64,000 bases of DNA from the human T2T-CHM13v2.0 reference genome, Homo sapiens, in the NCBI RefSeq assembly GCF_009914755.1, contig NC_060942.1; one strand, written 5' to 3'. Below, one piece after another: positions 16,075 to 29,600 of this stretch. Position numbers and translations under genes: made by a program. The notes beneath the pieces were generated by a model that saw only the letters and a list, made by a program, of their open reading frames with translations, had not been told where the DNA came from and did not search any database. Positions within the stretch are counted from its first letter, which is position 1. Each line of letters opens with the position of its first letter.

Positions 16075-16460
16075 TTTTTTTTATTATATTTTAAGTTCTA
16101 GGGTACATGTGCACAACGTGCAGTTTTGTTACACAGGTATACGTGTGCCATGTTGGTGTGCTGTACCCATTAACTCGTCATTTACATTAGGTATATCTCC
16201 TAATGCTATCCCTCCCCCCTCCCGCCACCCCACGACAGGTCCCGGTGTGTGATGTTCCCCTTCCTGTGTCCAAGTGTTCTCATTGTTCAATTCCCACCTA
16301 TGAGTGAGAACATGCGGTGTTTGGTTTTCTGTCCTTGCGATAGTTTGCTCAGAATGATGGTTTCCAGCTTCATCCATATCCCTACAAAGGACATGAACTC
16401 ATCCTTTTTTATGGCTGCATAGTATTCCATGGTGTATATGTGCCACATTTTCTTAATCCG
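16075..16460 (-). mobile_element. 5'-truncated primate L1 (L1PA4/5-like) 3' end
   Basis: Encodes the ORF2p C-terminus KKMWHIYTMEYYAAIKKDEFMSF...MFSLIGGN plus 3' UTR; TSD aacttagacaaaa at 16062-16074 and 16462-16474. Confidence 0.95.
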
Positions 16461-16769
16461 GAACTTAGACAAAAATTTAAAAAAGGAAATAAAAATTACA
16501 AATGGAAGGCTGGGAACAATGTCACTAGTTTTACAACTTTTAAAATCCTTAATTATCTTGTGCCATTTCTGCACAAATGGAAACTATTTTTTAAAAAAAC
16601 TGCATGATTAATATCTCAGTTGCATCTGTGGTTATAAGAAAATAAAGGTGTGAGGCACCTCTGGTATTGTATTAGTATACACCACTGGCATTTTACTGTT
16701 TGTGTGTATGTGTGTATGTGTTTTAAATGAATAAAATAATTGTAGTGATTAAAAGAAGTCCGTGTTCTG

Positions 16770-17207
<438 letters not shown>

Positions 17208-19044
17208 CTACTATCAGGTGTAGTCCCTACCCTTGTTCTAAAGATGTAAGAGAGGAAAAGTGAAATAGCAATATAAAAGTGTTATTTATCAAACAAATTA
17301 TGCTGAAAATGATACGTGATGCTTATAAAAATATGTAACTATATTTCTTTATAGTTAATGATGTGTTTTCCTATAACAGGCATTCAATAAATGTAGCGTG
17401 CGTTAATAAATTGAGTCTGTGCTTTGTGATAGGGATAAATAAATGTTCCAAAAAAGAAATTCATTAAGCAATTCTAAGTAATAAGAGAGAACAAATGTGT
17501 GTGCATGCATGTGTGTGGGTGTGTGTTATGGCTTTTAAAAGGGCTAGCCATTATACGTAGCCAGATACTACAAAAGTTTTAAACATTGGCATTTTTCACT
17601 GGTCGGTTCATGATTGAACAATATTCATCTTGCTGGAGCAACAAGTTACCCATAGTATAATACTGTCATCTATTTAGCCACAGCTTACATAGGCTTTATT
17701 TTGCGCTCTCTGCCTCAGTCCTTTTCTCCTTTTTAGCATTTTGCTGTTACAGCAAAGTGTAAATATTTTCTGGCAGCTTTGCTCTTTCATATCACCTCAT
17801 AGCACCTTTAAAAAAAAAGTACAATTAAAGTTGGGACTCTTAAGAAATGTAAAAATTTGATATGAATTAATAGCATTAAAATATGAGCTATTATTATTCT
17901 TGACAGCATAACAGAATTCATTTCTCAACAGCCAGAGGGTCTAAGTTGTGATGTATCCAATGCTGGATTTTAAGTGTTTTCTGCTTTTTAAAGGATTTTG
18001 TTTCATTTTGATTTGTCTTCTAGTGTTCTGAGTCTGTCTGCATTTCGGTAGTTTATTTGTACATTTGGCCTGACATAACAGAGGTGGTGCTGAGATGTTA
18101 CACACTAAATTCTCACTATAAAGCTGCTGCAGTATCTGTACTGCTCACCTAGCTTATAGGTAAGAAACACCACTGATTTGATAACTTAATCTTGAAGATG
18201 GCCCCAGATTGACATGAATAATGCTGAATTCCATCTTGTAACAAGTTGAGTTAGGAGTCTCTTGACATTCTCAATAAAGAGTCAGTGACTAGTAAAAGGT
18301 CTTACTGCTTGTGTTACTTATATAGAGAAGGTGCTCTTTAGTTCCCCCAGGATAGTAAATTTATTACAAATGGCAATGATTTCTAGTCTTTTGGATATCA
18401 TAGACTAGTAAAATTTCTAAAAATAAAATGTGAGGGCATGTATTAGTACTATTTCAATTTTTTTATTTTGTTTTTTATAAACATTAGAGAATACCACTCT
18501 ATTAAAAAAATGTATTCACCAAAAAAAGTGGTAAGAAAATCACCTCACCGAAATAGTAAGACCATACCGCAGAATAAGCACTCCTTTACATTGAATAAAT
18601 ATAGCTTTATGAAAAAACTTAGTACATTGTTTATATTTTTCATATTTCACCATACAACTGGAAACTTTGCCATTGTCCAAGACAAGTTTGTAGCAGACTC
18701 TTAGAAATTTCTGACCTGTGCATAATTTTGACTGTGCTAGGCACATATGGTATAAAGTAATTTTCAACATTTACCAAAGCAACAATTATATATTAAGTTC
18801 TTATTGAGTATAAAGCACTGTGCTAAGCCTTAGGCCAAACATAAAAGTGTTTTTCTTGAATGTCATTTGGCCCAGGGAACTTAACCTGTTTAGCAAGTGT
18901 GAAAGGTAAATTAATAAATAAATAAAAATAGCTTTAAGCAATAGAATAAATGCCAAAAGATAGTATATTTGTGTTTGTTCACTGTGTGTGCAGTATTTGC
19001 TATATTAAAAGGAAAAATTTCATTCTAACATAAGCAGGGAAGAT

Positions 19045-19485
19045 GCAGTAGAAATTGGTAGCTACCTACCCCATTCAATTCTCCCCTTCCAGGTCACAAA
19101 GCCTCAGTTTTGTTGAAACTGGCAATATGTACAGCTGACAAACTGCATTTCCCATCCTCCCTGGAAAGTAGGGAATTATTATATGGTATAATTCTGGCCA
19201 ATGAAATATGTAATTAGACCTTAAAAGGAGCTGGACTTAACTGACACATGTCCTTTTGTCCTTCACCCTCCTCCCACTTCCTGCCTGGGAAGTGGATGCT
19301 GTGCTGGATGTGGAATTAACCATTTTGTGGCCATGATGCAACTAAGTTAGAGCAAAGACAATTACAGGAACCTTGGTATTGTTACCTGTTGCATCAGTGA
19401 CAAAAACTCATTGTTTGAGAAAAGATAAAACATTACTTCATCTTCTGTTTTGGGGAGTTGCTCGTAACTCAGCTGAAATTATTTC
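19045..19485. mobile_element. ERVL solo LTR (LTR33/LTR16-like)
   Basis: actgcatttcccatcctccctg...ttctggccaatgaaatatg motif typical of LTR16/33. Confidence 0.65.
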
Positions 19486-19809
19486 TGAAGGAGGAGAAAG
19501 TGGACTTGGGATTGGTTGTAGATGTAGTTCTGAATCCATAGTTGGTAGTGTCATGAATACAGCATGTTCACAAGGATATAAATTGTGTACTAGTTATTAC
19601 ACATTGTTGGGGCCACAGAGACCTCAATTCCTTACCCAGAGCTACACCTAACCACTTGTCCTCCATGGTTCTGTTATCTCATAGAACATAGAAATATACC
19701 AGATTTTTCTAAAGGTCTTTCCATTCAGAAATTCTATGATTCTAATTAATCCCATTTGGCTGGGGATGAGAAGATCAGAATTAAAAGGGCATTTGCCCTT
19801 TTCTAATCA

Positions 19810-20470
19810 CATGACACCTCAAATACTGATTTTTTAAAAATGAAATGTGATCAGATCTCTCCTTTGCTTAAAACTTTGTAATGGTTTTTTATTATCACCA
19901 GAATAAACAAATTCCTTAGCGTGGCATATAAGGCCCTTTGTCCTGGAGCTGTAATAACCTGTCTTGCCTTTTGTTTCACTGTTACACTTCATCCCCCCGC
20001 CCTCTTCTCCCCTTCACCTATTTATCCCTTCCCCAACCATGCATACACACAGTTTCTAGCCATGTTTTACTACATGTAACCCCTTGATCTTGCCATGTTC
20101 CCTCTTATTTCCTGGTCTTTACACATGCTCTTTCCTCTGCCTGGAATGTTTTCTTTCCCTTCTCCTTTAACTGGCTAATTCCTACTTATTTTTAAGGTTG
20201 TGGCATAAAGATCACCTTCCCCTGGAAGCCTTCTTATAGCCCCCAAGATGAGGTTAAGTGCCTCTGTTAAGCTCTGTCTTGATAGCTTGTGCTTATAAAA
20301 ATTATAACACAATGCACAATATATTCAGATTGCCTGTTTGCTCCTGTTTCCTGAATTATAATAAATTTCCTTAAGGGAAGAAACTGAGTCTTATTCTCTT
20401 TTTTTCCCTAGCACATAGTAGAGTATAGCAATTTGCAATTCATAGGTATTACATGAATCTTTGAGTTGAT
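19810..20470 (+). mobile_element. L2 3' fragment
   Basis: ctcctttgcttaaaact, tggcatataaggccc, ttcctctgcctggaatg, ccctagcacatag. Confidence 0.7.
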
Positions 20471-22529
20471 GGGTTGGCACCAAATGCGAAAATCCTTGAC
20501 TGAATGCCAGGCCAGTTAGCTGAACTTTTTAATACCGTCACTGGAGAACCTTTAAGAAGGGATTGGTGTTGATGCTCAATGGTAGCATCATTCCCCACCT
20601 TGCCCTCTCAGTGAGATACTGTGGAATAGTGGTCCATTTATATCAAATAAGGAAATATTTATTTTCTACAAAATTAGATTCTATCTTATACAGATTAAAG
20701 TATACAACTTTTACTCAATACCAACTGTTTAAGAAAAATTATGGGAGGCAAAATTCATAAAATTCTGTCATGAGACTTTATCAAAAGGGAAGACCTATCA
20801 TTATCTTAATTTCAGCATTTGGTCCTCTTTGATCCATGTTGCAGAGCACCTGTGTCATATGGAATTATAAATTAGAAAACCCCTAAATTAGAGAATACAA
20901 TATAAGTTAAGAAAGGAATAAATTTAGCTATATCTTTCTATTATATAATATTTTTTAAAGGCTGGTTTCTTAATATCAGCATAAAGAATAGATGATTAAG
21001 AAGTTTGAAGTCTTAGGCATCCCAGATTATTCCTTCAGAACATCATTGTCATTAATGCTAGTAGCAGAAAAGTAGTATGCTTCCTATTAATCAACAAGGC
21101 TAGAAATCAAAAGGTTTAACTTGAATATCCTTTTTCACTTCTGTTATTTACATGTTTTATTTGGGAAAAGTTGTTAGAGATAGACAGGGAGTTTTAACAT
21201 TTGTACATCTTTGTAATTCCAAAACAGCTCCCTGAAAAACAGGAAACATCATACTCTTACCAGTAGATTTGAAATTTGTGTGTAGAGTAGCCCATTTTCC
21301 TCTCTCCTTTTAATGCCCTCACATGGCCTGCCAGAGCTGTAAAAACTGCCCTGCCAAAACTGTAGGGATCTTTACTTTATGTTACTTGGAGACTATAATT
21401 TGAACTAAAGAAGGAGAGATGCTATAGGGGAATTTTACTTATGAGATCGTTGAGTGAAATAGAACATGATTTAAGAGAAGGGATGGTGGTGCTCTAGGGG
21501 CCCTGTGTTTTCTGCTGAGCCACACATTCTCACAGTGAGGCCATGCTTGACAGAGGAGCAGCAGGCACTCTTGTGGCCCTTGTAGAGCCAGGGTCTTCTG
21601 AAAGGAGGGTCTTTTGAAAGGAGGTAGAAAAGGAGAACGCTTTTCTGTCATTTCATCCAAGTGCAAGTGATCAGTTCCCCTGTGCTGTCCTTCCCACTTT
21701 GTCAGAACAGTGATGGAAAATATCAAAACGTCGACCACTTATTGTTTATTTTCACTCTCAGGAAAAAATTGTCCAGAGCGGTGAGGAAGCTTCCTCTAGA
21801 GCTCCCAACACAGAGGCTCTTAGGAATCAGTCAGGCCTCTAGTGTTGCCTGTATGCTCCCATCTGTAATGAATACAAAAATGGTAAAGTGCCACTAAGGA
21901 AAATGACTGAAATGCTGTAAAAGATTGTACTTAGGAAACTTTACCTCCTTTTGCAATATTTAGCAAGGATTCACCTCCAGGGACCCTTATTGCTTAGATT
22001 GGAAGCCATGGCTGCTGGTGTTTCAGGATGTCTGCAGAGAATAGCAGCTGGAGTTTTTCTGTAGCTCTTATGACTTCCAAGAAGTAAAAAATAAACAGGA
22101 AAATGGTAGATAACTAGACATTTTGAAATATCATTCTGACAAACTGGGGCAGGGAGCTGTATTAGAAATATTCTGACAGTAAAGGCAGACCTATTTTTCA
22201 TTTATGTAAATAATGTGTGCACTGTGGTTGGTGGTTTAGAAGATGCAAAGTTATGTGAAACACAGTTTCTACCCTCAAGGAGCTGACAGACTTACTGAGG
22301 AAAAGGGAAATGCTCATATTTAAAAATATGAGCATTTCATGTGATAAAAGGACACGTATGTGCTGGCAGAAAATAGAAAAATGTGTGTTACCTTTTTTAA
22401 AGGAGTTTAATATTTTTCTGATCCAAAAGTAAAACATGAAGCTTTACATATTATAATTATATGGTTAAATACAAAAGTAAAATTTACAAATACACATACG
22501 AAATATGAATTTTGGGATGTTTAGTTTAC

Positions 22530-22685
22530 TGCAGGAATTGTTAATCTACAATCCATGGCCGCCTTGACATTCTTCTGCAGAATTTGATGGGTATGACTGT
22601 GTGTGTAGTTTCCTGGGGAAAGGACTGATGGCTTTCATCAGATTCTTAAAGGGTTCCATGACTGAGAAGAAATTCAGAATCACTA
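22530..22685. mobile_element. hAT-Charlie MITE fragment
   Basis: gctttcatcagattcttaaagggttccatgac...agaatcact. Confidence 0.55.
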
Positions 22686-23798
22686 CTTTTCAGTGTATCC
22701 ACTGACTCTTATCCTGGCTTTACAATACTCTTCCCTTCTCTTCCTTTCCATTTCAATCCATTCTCATTTAACAATTGACTATAATATAAAAATTATTATA
22801 TACTTTTGTTGGTTGGATATGTTGTATTAAAGTTTATATGCCATTTTCTTCATTTAGAAAAGAGCCATGTTTAATAGGTATTCAGAATAAGCTCAGTAGT
22901 ATGAGAAAAGTCAGGCTCAGTGAGTACCTTCCTAGGCCTGCCCCCGATAAGTTATGGAACCGTGGTTAATTCCCTGTCTTAAACCTGAAGCATGTGTTCC
23001 TTTTAATCAGTATACTGTACTGTTCTGTGACTTAGGAACTATTTTCTTTCTTCCCCTCAAAAAACAAACAAACAAAAACTCTTCTAAATTACAATTGGCT
23101 TTTCGTAACCCCTGCTGGTTTTCTTTTTTAAATGTCAAAATGCCTTCTGAAGTAGATAAAGTTTTGTGGCTTAATAGCCACTAGACGTAAGTATACAAAT
23201 TGTCAGCATCATCGTCAACATAAAGGAATACATGTTCATTAAGATCTAGGTCATCTTACCAGATTTAGAAATAATATTGAACTATTAACACGTTTAACAA
23301 AATCATATGAAGAGCTTACCACACACTTGACATCATTGTACTATATCAGTACATACACCAGAATATAGAGGAAAATAGATGCTTTAGGAAGGAAGCTTTT
23401 TCAAACTACATGTTCTACTTTCTCCATCCTTCATTGCAACACGCCTGTAATGAGAGGTGTTACTGAGGGGGAGTATTTTACATATGAACTGTGTTAGATG
23501 CAGAAGAAAGGTTAAGAAGTACCACATTACATTATTTGAAACCATCTCCACTTTGCAGAACCCTGAGTTAGGGAGAAACATTGTTTGGAATTTAAGATCA
23601 CTGATATGTTTTGAAATTATATATACTCATTTACGTACAATATGTAATTAAAACACTTTAGAATATGGTATAAAACAATATAGCCTAACTTTTCTCTTCA
23701 AAGAATGTGGCTGAGCAAACCATTTATCCAAGATCTTGTGTAGTCTTGAGGTTCAATACCTTTTTCAGTTAAAAAATCAAAAATGGATTATATTTTGA

Positions 23799-24104
<306 letters not shown>

Positions 24105-24721
24105 TAGGGGTTTTTTTGGTGGGTTTATTGATCATTCTGTATAGATTGTGCATGTTTAATAGATAAAAAATACACAAATGTTTCAATATGTGAAGTTTTG
24201 AATATGGACAATGAAAAGGAAGCATGTTTCTATAATTTTAACACAATCGGGATTTAGCCCTGAGCCAGTGAATGATATGTGACATAGTTTTCCAATTGTA
24301 TTTGTTATACCGTGAAGTATTACTCACTAATAATAGTATAATATTGTTAATAAGGAAAATGATATATATATTAAATACATGATACTTGATCAGAAATGAT
24401 TATGGCCAGCATACGTGGCCAAATTGGGGAATTGCTCCTCCACACTCATATTAGCTTTTAAATCAACTACGTTGAGGTTTCACTTAAACACAGTAAAGGA
24501 CCAGCCATGAGGAGGTGGCAGTGATCCAGGGTAGCAATGATGAGAGAGTTCTACAAGAGGAAGATGAACTGAGGGAGCTGCTAAAGTCAAATAGGTGGGA
24601 AACACACGTGGTGACCAACTGACTAGGATTGATGGGGCAGGGGGTCCTATTGGTGGTGGAGATTACTGTTGGTTTGAAAACTCAATCTCCTGATTCCTGC
24701 AAAGAGTTCTTTTGTTTCCTT

Positions 24722-25422
24722 TTGGTGTATAATACACATATCATGAAATTTACCACTGTAGCCATCTTAAAGTCTATAATTCAGTGGCATTAAGTATAAT
24801 CACAGTGTTGTGCAACTGTTACCACTATTTAGTCCCCACAGAAGTCACCCTGAATGGAAGCCCCATGCCCATTAAGCAGTCCTCCCCTGTTACCACTTCA
24901 ACAGGCCCTGGCAACCATTAATCTTCTGTCTCTGTGAATTTGCCTATTCTGCATATCTCATATAAACAGAACCATACAAACTGTGGTCCTTTGTGACTGG
25001 CTTCTTCACTGACATGATGTCTTTCAAGGTCCATTCATGTTGTGGCATATCATAGTGCTTTGTTGCTCTTTATGGCTGAATAACATTCCATTCATGGTTA
25101 TATCACATATAGTTAATCCATTTACCTGTTGATGGACATTTGGGTTGTTTCTGCCTTTTGGCTATTGTGAATGTAGCTGCTATAAACATTTGTGCATAAG
25201 TATTTGAACACCTGTTTTCATTTGAGTAGACATGTAGGAGTAGAATTTCTGGGTCATCTGATAATTCCATGTTTAACTTATTGAGGAACCACCAGACTGT
25301 TTTCCCACCAGCAGTGCACAACAGTTCCATTTTCTCTACAGCCTCGCCAACACTTGTTTTTTTCTTTCTTTCTCTCTTTTTTATTTTTTTAGTATAATCA
25401 TCCCAGTGGGTATGAAGTGGTT
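24722..25422 (-). mobile_element. L1MB-type 3' fragment, antisense
   Basis: ccctggcaaccattaatc...tttgcctattctg...ttttggctattgtgaat; the ORF track peptide MFIAATFTIAKRQKQPKCPST is ORF2p-like. Confidence 0.88.
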
Positions 25423-25789
25423 GGAATTCTTGAACTGTCCCATAATGCCTCCCTTAACGAAAATGTTACCACCACTTGGATTTTCTCAATGAATGGTGTT
25501 TCATTCTTGTCCTTGCTAACTTTTTTTAAGAGTAGAGTTCTTAGCCCTTTGCTTTGCCATTCCCTTAAGTTCTGGCATGCTTTGGGTCCATAGTTGTCTA
25601 CTGACTGCTCTATGCTCAGGAAGTAGAGACCAGAGAAGCAATTGAAGGCTAGAATGGAACTCTGTGGCTTTGTCTACAGATTGGGCATTGCCAGCGTAAA
25701 GTCCCAAGAAGATTGGTAGAGGACATTCATTCAAACCTAAACAGCTGCTGCCTGCCCCCCAGTTACCTCCTATCATACTACCATGCATC

Positions 25790-25950
25790 CTAAACTTTAC
25801 CTCGGTGTCTCCCTAGCCGTATGCCCTCCAGCAAATTACTTTACCTCTCTGTATCTACAAGTTGGGGCTAATTAAAGTACCTGTCTCCTAAGATATATTA
25901 AATGAGCTTATATTTGCAAATTGCTTAGAATAGTGAGCATATATTAAGAG
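25790..25950 (+). mobile_element. MIR
   Basis: gcaaattactttacctctctg...attaaatgagcttatatttgcaaattgcttagaatagtg. Confidence 0.6.
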
Positions 25951-27274
25951 ATGAAATGTCTTCCTATGTGGCAGAAGTACTGGTGGTACTGGTGGTGATG
26001 CCATTGTTAGGTCCTTGTATTCAGCAGATCAAGAGCTGCCTGACTCTAGAATGAGCAGTTTAGCATAATGGTAGGCAGGATAGTTTTCTGGATACAGGAG
26101 GCCTGAAGATTCTCAATGGGACTTGAAGGATTAGGAGGCAATTTGAGCCCAGGAGTCTGTGCCTATAGTACGAGGCAGCTGGCCTTTGCATGAAGCTCTA
26201 GAACATCTTTTCAACCTCTGCCCTCCCCTTGGCTGCAGCTGCCATGTGCACCCGCCACACATCAACAGTGTTGGCTTCTGTTATTGCAGCTCTCCTGGTT
26301 TGTCTTGAGAAACATTCACATTTTTCGATTGTCTGAAATTTTGCTTTGACTTAATTTTGGAGCTTATTTTTAAATCTGATCAAAACACAATTTCAGTAGT
26401 ATACACTGTTTTGTTGCCTGGGAGGAGAAGTGAAGGGCTTTTATTCAGGGTTAGTATTTAATATTTTGTTTGATTTTGTTTTTAAAGAAATTTACATTAG
26501 GCTTGTACCAGCAAGCATAAAGATGTGCTTAGGTCTTATCTACATGTAGTTTGTCCACAGACACAAACACTGAAGTTTTCAGTAGGCAATTTAAATCTTG
26601 CTATTACATCCTTTTCTGTCATGAAGATTAGTGTGACTTTCTGTACACAGCTCTGAATAAATGAATGTATCAGCATGTAGCCTTGAGGAGTCCAATGTAA
26701 TTTTCATCATGATAAATTGCATAATAAGCAAGAAAATGTTTGCTTATTAATCTATAACAAGATTTAGATGGAAAATGGCCTGTTACATCCGTGACACACT
26801 CGGCAGAGGGTGCAGAGCCTGAGATGGTGGGAAGTGGAGCAGCAATGTGTGCAGAGGGTTAAGTGTGGATCTTACCCTTGTGCTGCCCTGTTGGGCTGCC
26901 CCTTTTTGTGCCTGATTTACTGTGTACACAGTAACGGTGCTCAGCCGCCTTGCTTCTGTCTGTGATGTTAAGCTTGCTTTATGAAGAAGCTTTTATGTTA
27001 GGCCTGTGCTTTTTAAAATTTCAGTTCACGTTTATTGAAAAAGAAAAAAAAACATAAGCAGTGTTTCCTACTTTCTTCTTATTCTTGTGAGTTTATGAGG
27101 GCAGGGGTTTTGCGGAGGGGCAACCAATCAGGTCCCCTGCCTTGTCTAGAGAACACATATCATGGCAGAGTTCCCTTTTGCCTCTCCCCCATGTCCCGAC
27201 ATCTCCTGCTGAGCTGACTCCTAAGAGGTCTCCTAAAACACTGTATATGCCTCGAGATGAAGAGGGTATTTTCT

Positions 27275-27571
27275 GGCTGGGCTTGGTGGCTCATGCTTGT
27301 AATCCCAGCACTTTGGGAGGTTGAGGTGAGAGGATCGCTTGAGCCCAGGAATTTGAGACCAGCCTGAGCAAAACAGGAAGACCCCCCCATCTCTAAAAAA
27401 TAAATAAATAAAAAATTAACAGGGCATGTGGCATACACCTGTGGTCCCAGCTACTCAGGAGGCTGAAGGGGAAGGATTGCTTGAGCCAAGAAGTTCAAGG
27501 TTGCAGTGAGCCATGATCGAACCACTGCACTCCAGCATGGGCAACAGTGAGACCCGACTCTTAAAAAAAAA
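27275..27571 (+). mobile_element. AluJ, sense
   Basis: ggatcgcttgagcccagg; full dimer; TSD ~agagtattttt. Confidence 0.93.
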
Positions 27572-28131
27572 TAGAGTATTTTTCCAGAATTGGTTACCCC
27601 TTTATTTTAGAAACATGATATGCAACTTTACATCTTTGAAATCAAAATATCTACAGTTGTTTTCTAATGTTTTCAGATATTTTGCCAAATTTTAACTATT
27701 AATTAATCAAGCATATTGTATAATTAATATGTGAAAAGAACAACATTAGGTTTTCTCTGTAGTTGCAAATTTGAATCAAAAATCATGTCTTCAAGACAGT
27801 TGCAGTCTTACAGGAAAGACAAGATCTGCCCCAAAATAACCATGATGCAAAGTGGGAAGGAAGGTAAAAAGTATAGACATTCAGGGCATAGTGAAATGAA
27901 TCACCCTGGGTAACCAGAGGGGATGCAAGGAGGGGTTTCATTTGGATCTGTCATTTGAGTAGTTATGAAGAGAGCGGGGGAAGGACAGGGGCATGCGAAA
28001 GAAAGGGGTAGGAAAGCGCAGGCATGCCAAACATCTGTGAAAGGAGGAAAATGCTATTTTTAGCTAATTTTATTTGTTAATTTCTTGTAGAACTTAAACT
28101 GGGATTCTCCCATGTAAAACTGAAACACAGT

Positions 28132-28430
28132 GGCTGGACGTGGTGGCTCATACCTGTAATCCTAGCACTTTGGGAGGCCGAGGTGGGAGGATTGCTTGAG
28201 CTCAGGAGTTTGAAAACAGCCTGGGTAACATAGCGAGACCCCGTCTCTACAAACAAAAATAATAATTACCTGGGCATGGTGCCGTGTACCTGTAGTCCCA
28301 GCTACCAGGGAGGCTGAGGAGGAAGGATCGCTTGAGTCTGGGAGGCCAAGGCTGCACTAAGTGGTGATTGGACCACTACTCTACAGCCTGGGTGACAGAA
28401 CAAGACCTTGACTCTAAATAAATAAATAAA
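28132..28430 (+). mobile_element. AluJ, sense
   Basis: Full dimer with (TAAA)n tail. Confidence 0.93.
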
Positions 28431-28599
28431 TCTCAAACATAATTTCCTTCCCAATTATCTCAGGGGAATAGATTAGGGTCAGATAAAGAATTGGTGTGTC
28501 TTGACTTTATGAAAAGATTGTTGCAGTGAGTTTTTTCTTTGTTTTAGCACCTATCACATAGCTAGCCTTGTGCAGGGATATAGTGGCCTGGGATGCAGT

Positions 28600-28840
28600 C
28601 CTTCTATTGAATGCTTACTACCTATGAGCTTCTGTGCTATTCAGATCTCCAATGTCCTCAACTTGTTTTAGAGAAATTCAAGAAATAGGCATTATCATCC
28701 CCACTTTGCAGATGAGAAAAAAATGAATCTGATAGAGAGATGCTGCCTCTTGTCCAGAGTAACATTGTAGTTACTGAAAAAAATAAGATTCAAACCCTAC
28801 TCTAGCTTATTCCAAAAGCCAGAGCTCCTAATACTGTGTG
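28600..28840 (-). mobile_element. MIR
   Basis: attatcatccccactttgcagatgagaaa. Confidence 0.65.
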
Positions 28841-28952
28841 ATCTTGCATTCCAAATCTTAACATCCACAGAATTAAAACAATTCGTTAAAGTACATAATC
28901 AGAATTTTCAGTGTACTTTAGATTTTTAAATATGTTTAATAAAATTATTTTC

Positions 28953-29236
28953 AGCTGGACATGATGGTTCACACCTGTAATCCCAGCACTCTGGGAGGCT
29001 GAGGCAGGATCACTTGAGCCCAGGAGTTTGAGACCAGCCTGGGCAACATAGTGAGAACCTGTCTCTACAAAATTTAAGAAATTAAAAAAACTACAGGAGC
29101 ATGTAGTTCCAGCTACTTAGGAGGCTGAGGCAGGAGGATCACTTGAGCACAGGAGGTCAAGGCTGCAGTGAGCTATGATCGTACCACTGTACTCCAGCCT
29201 GGGCAACAGAGCAAGACCCTGTCTCAAAAAAAAAAA
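28953..29236 (+). mobile_element. AluJ, sense
   Basis: Dimer with short internal deletion; TSD aaaat(t)attttca. Confidence 0.92.
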
Positions 29237-29399
29237 TATTTTCATCAAAGATTTTGTACCTTCTAGATTGTAAAAGCCTTATTTACATATCAGTAAACTC
29301 TTGAGTGCTTGTGTCATATATTATGTGTTTATTCTTATTTACTCATAACATTTGCCAAGTGATTTGCACACAATAAATGTTGAATAAAGTCATGGGATT

Positions 29400-29600
29400 T
29401 AAAGATTTTCCTTTTAGAGATGAAAATCTTTTCAACATCATCTGATCCAGTATCCGTAATGTGCTATTAAGTAAAAATAAGGTTTAGACAGATTAAACAA
29501 CTTGGCTGAGGTCACAGTGGTACTCTAAGAGCCAAGACTGTCACTCAGGTTTCCTGACTCCCATCTTGCAGCTCCTGTACCATACGGCTATGCCACCCTT
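29400..29600 (-). mobile_element. MIR-like
   Basis: gattaaacaacttggctgaggtcacag...caggtttcctgactccc. Confidence 0.55.
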
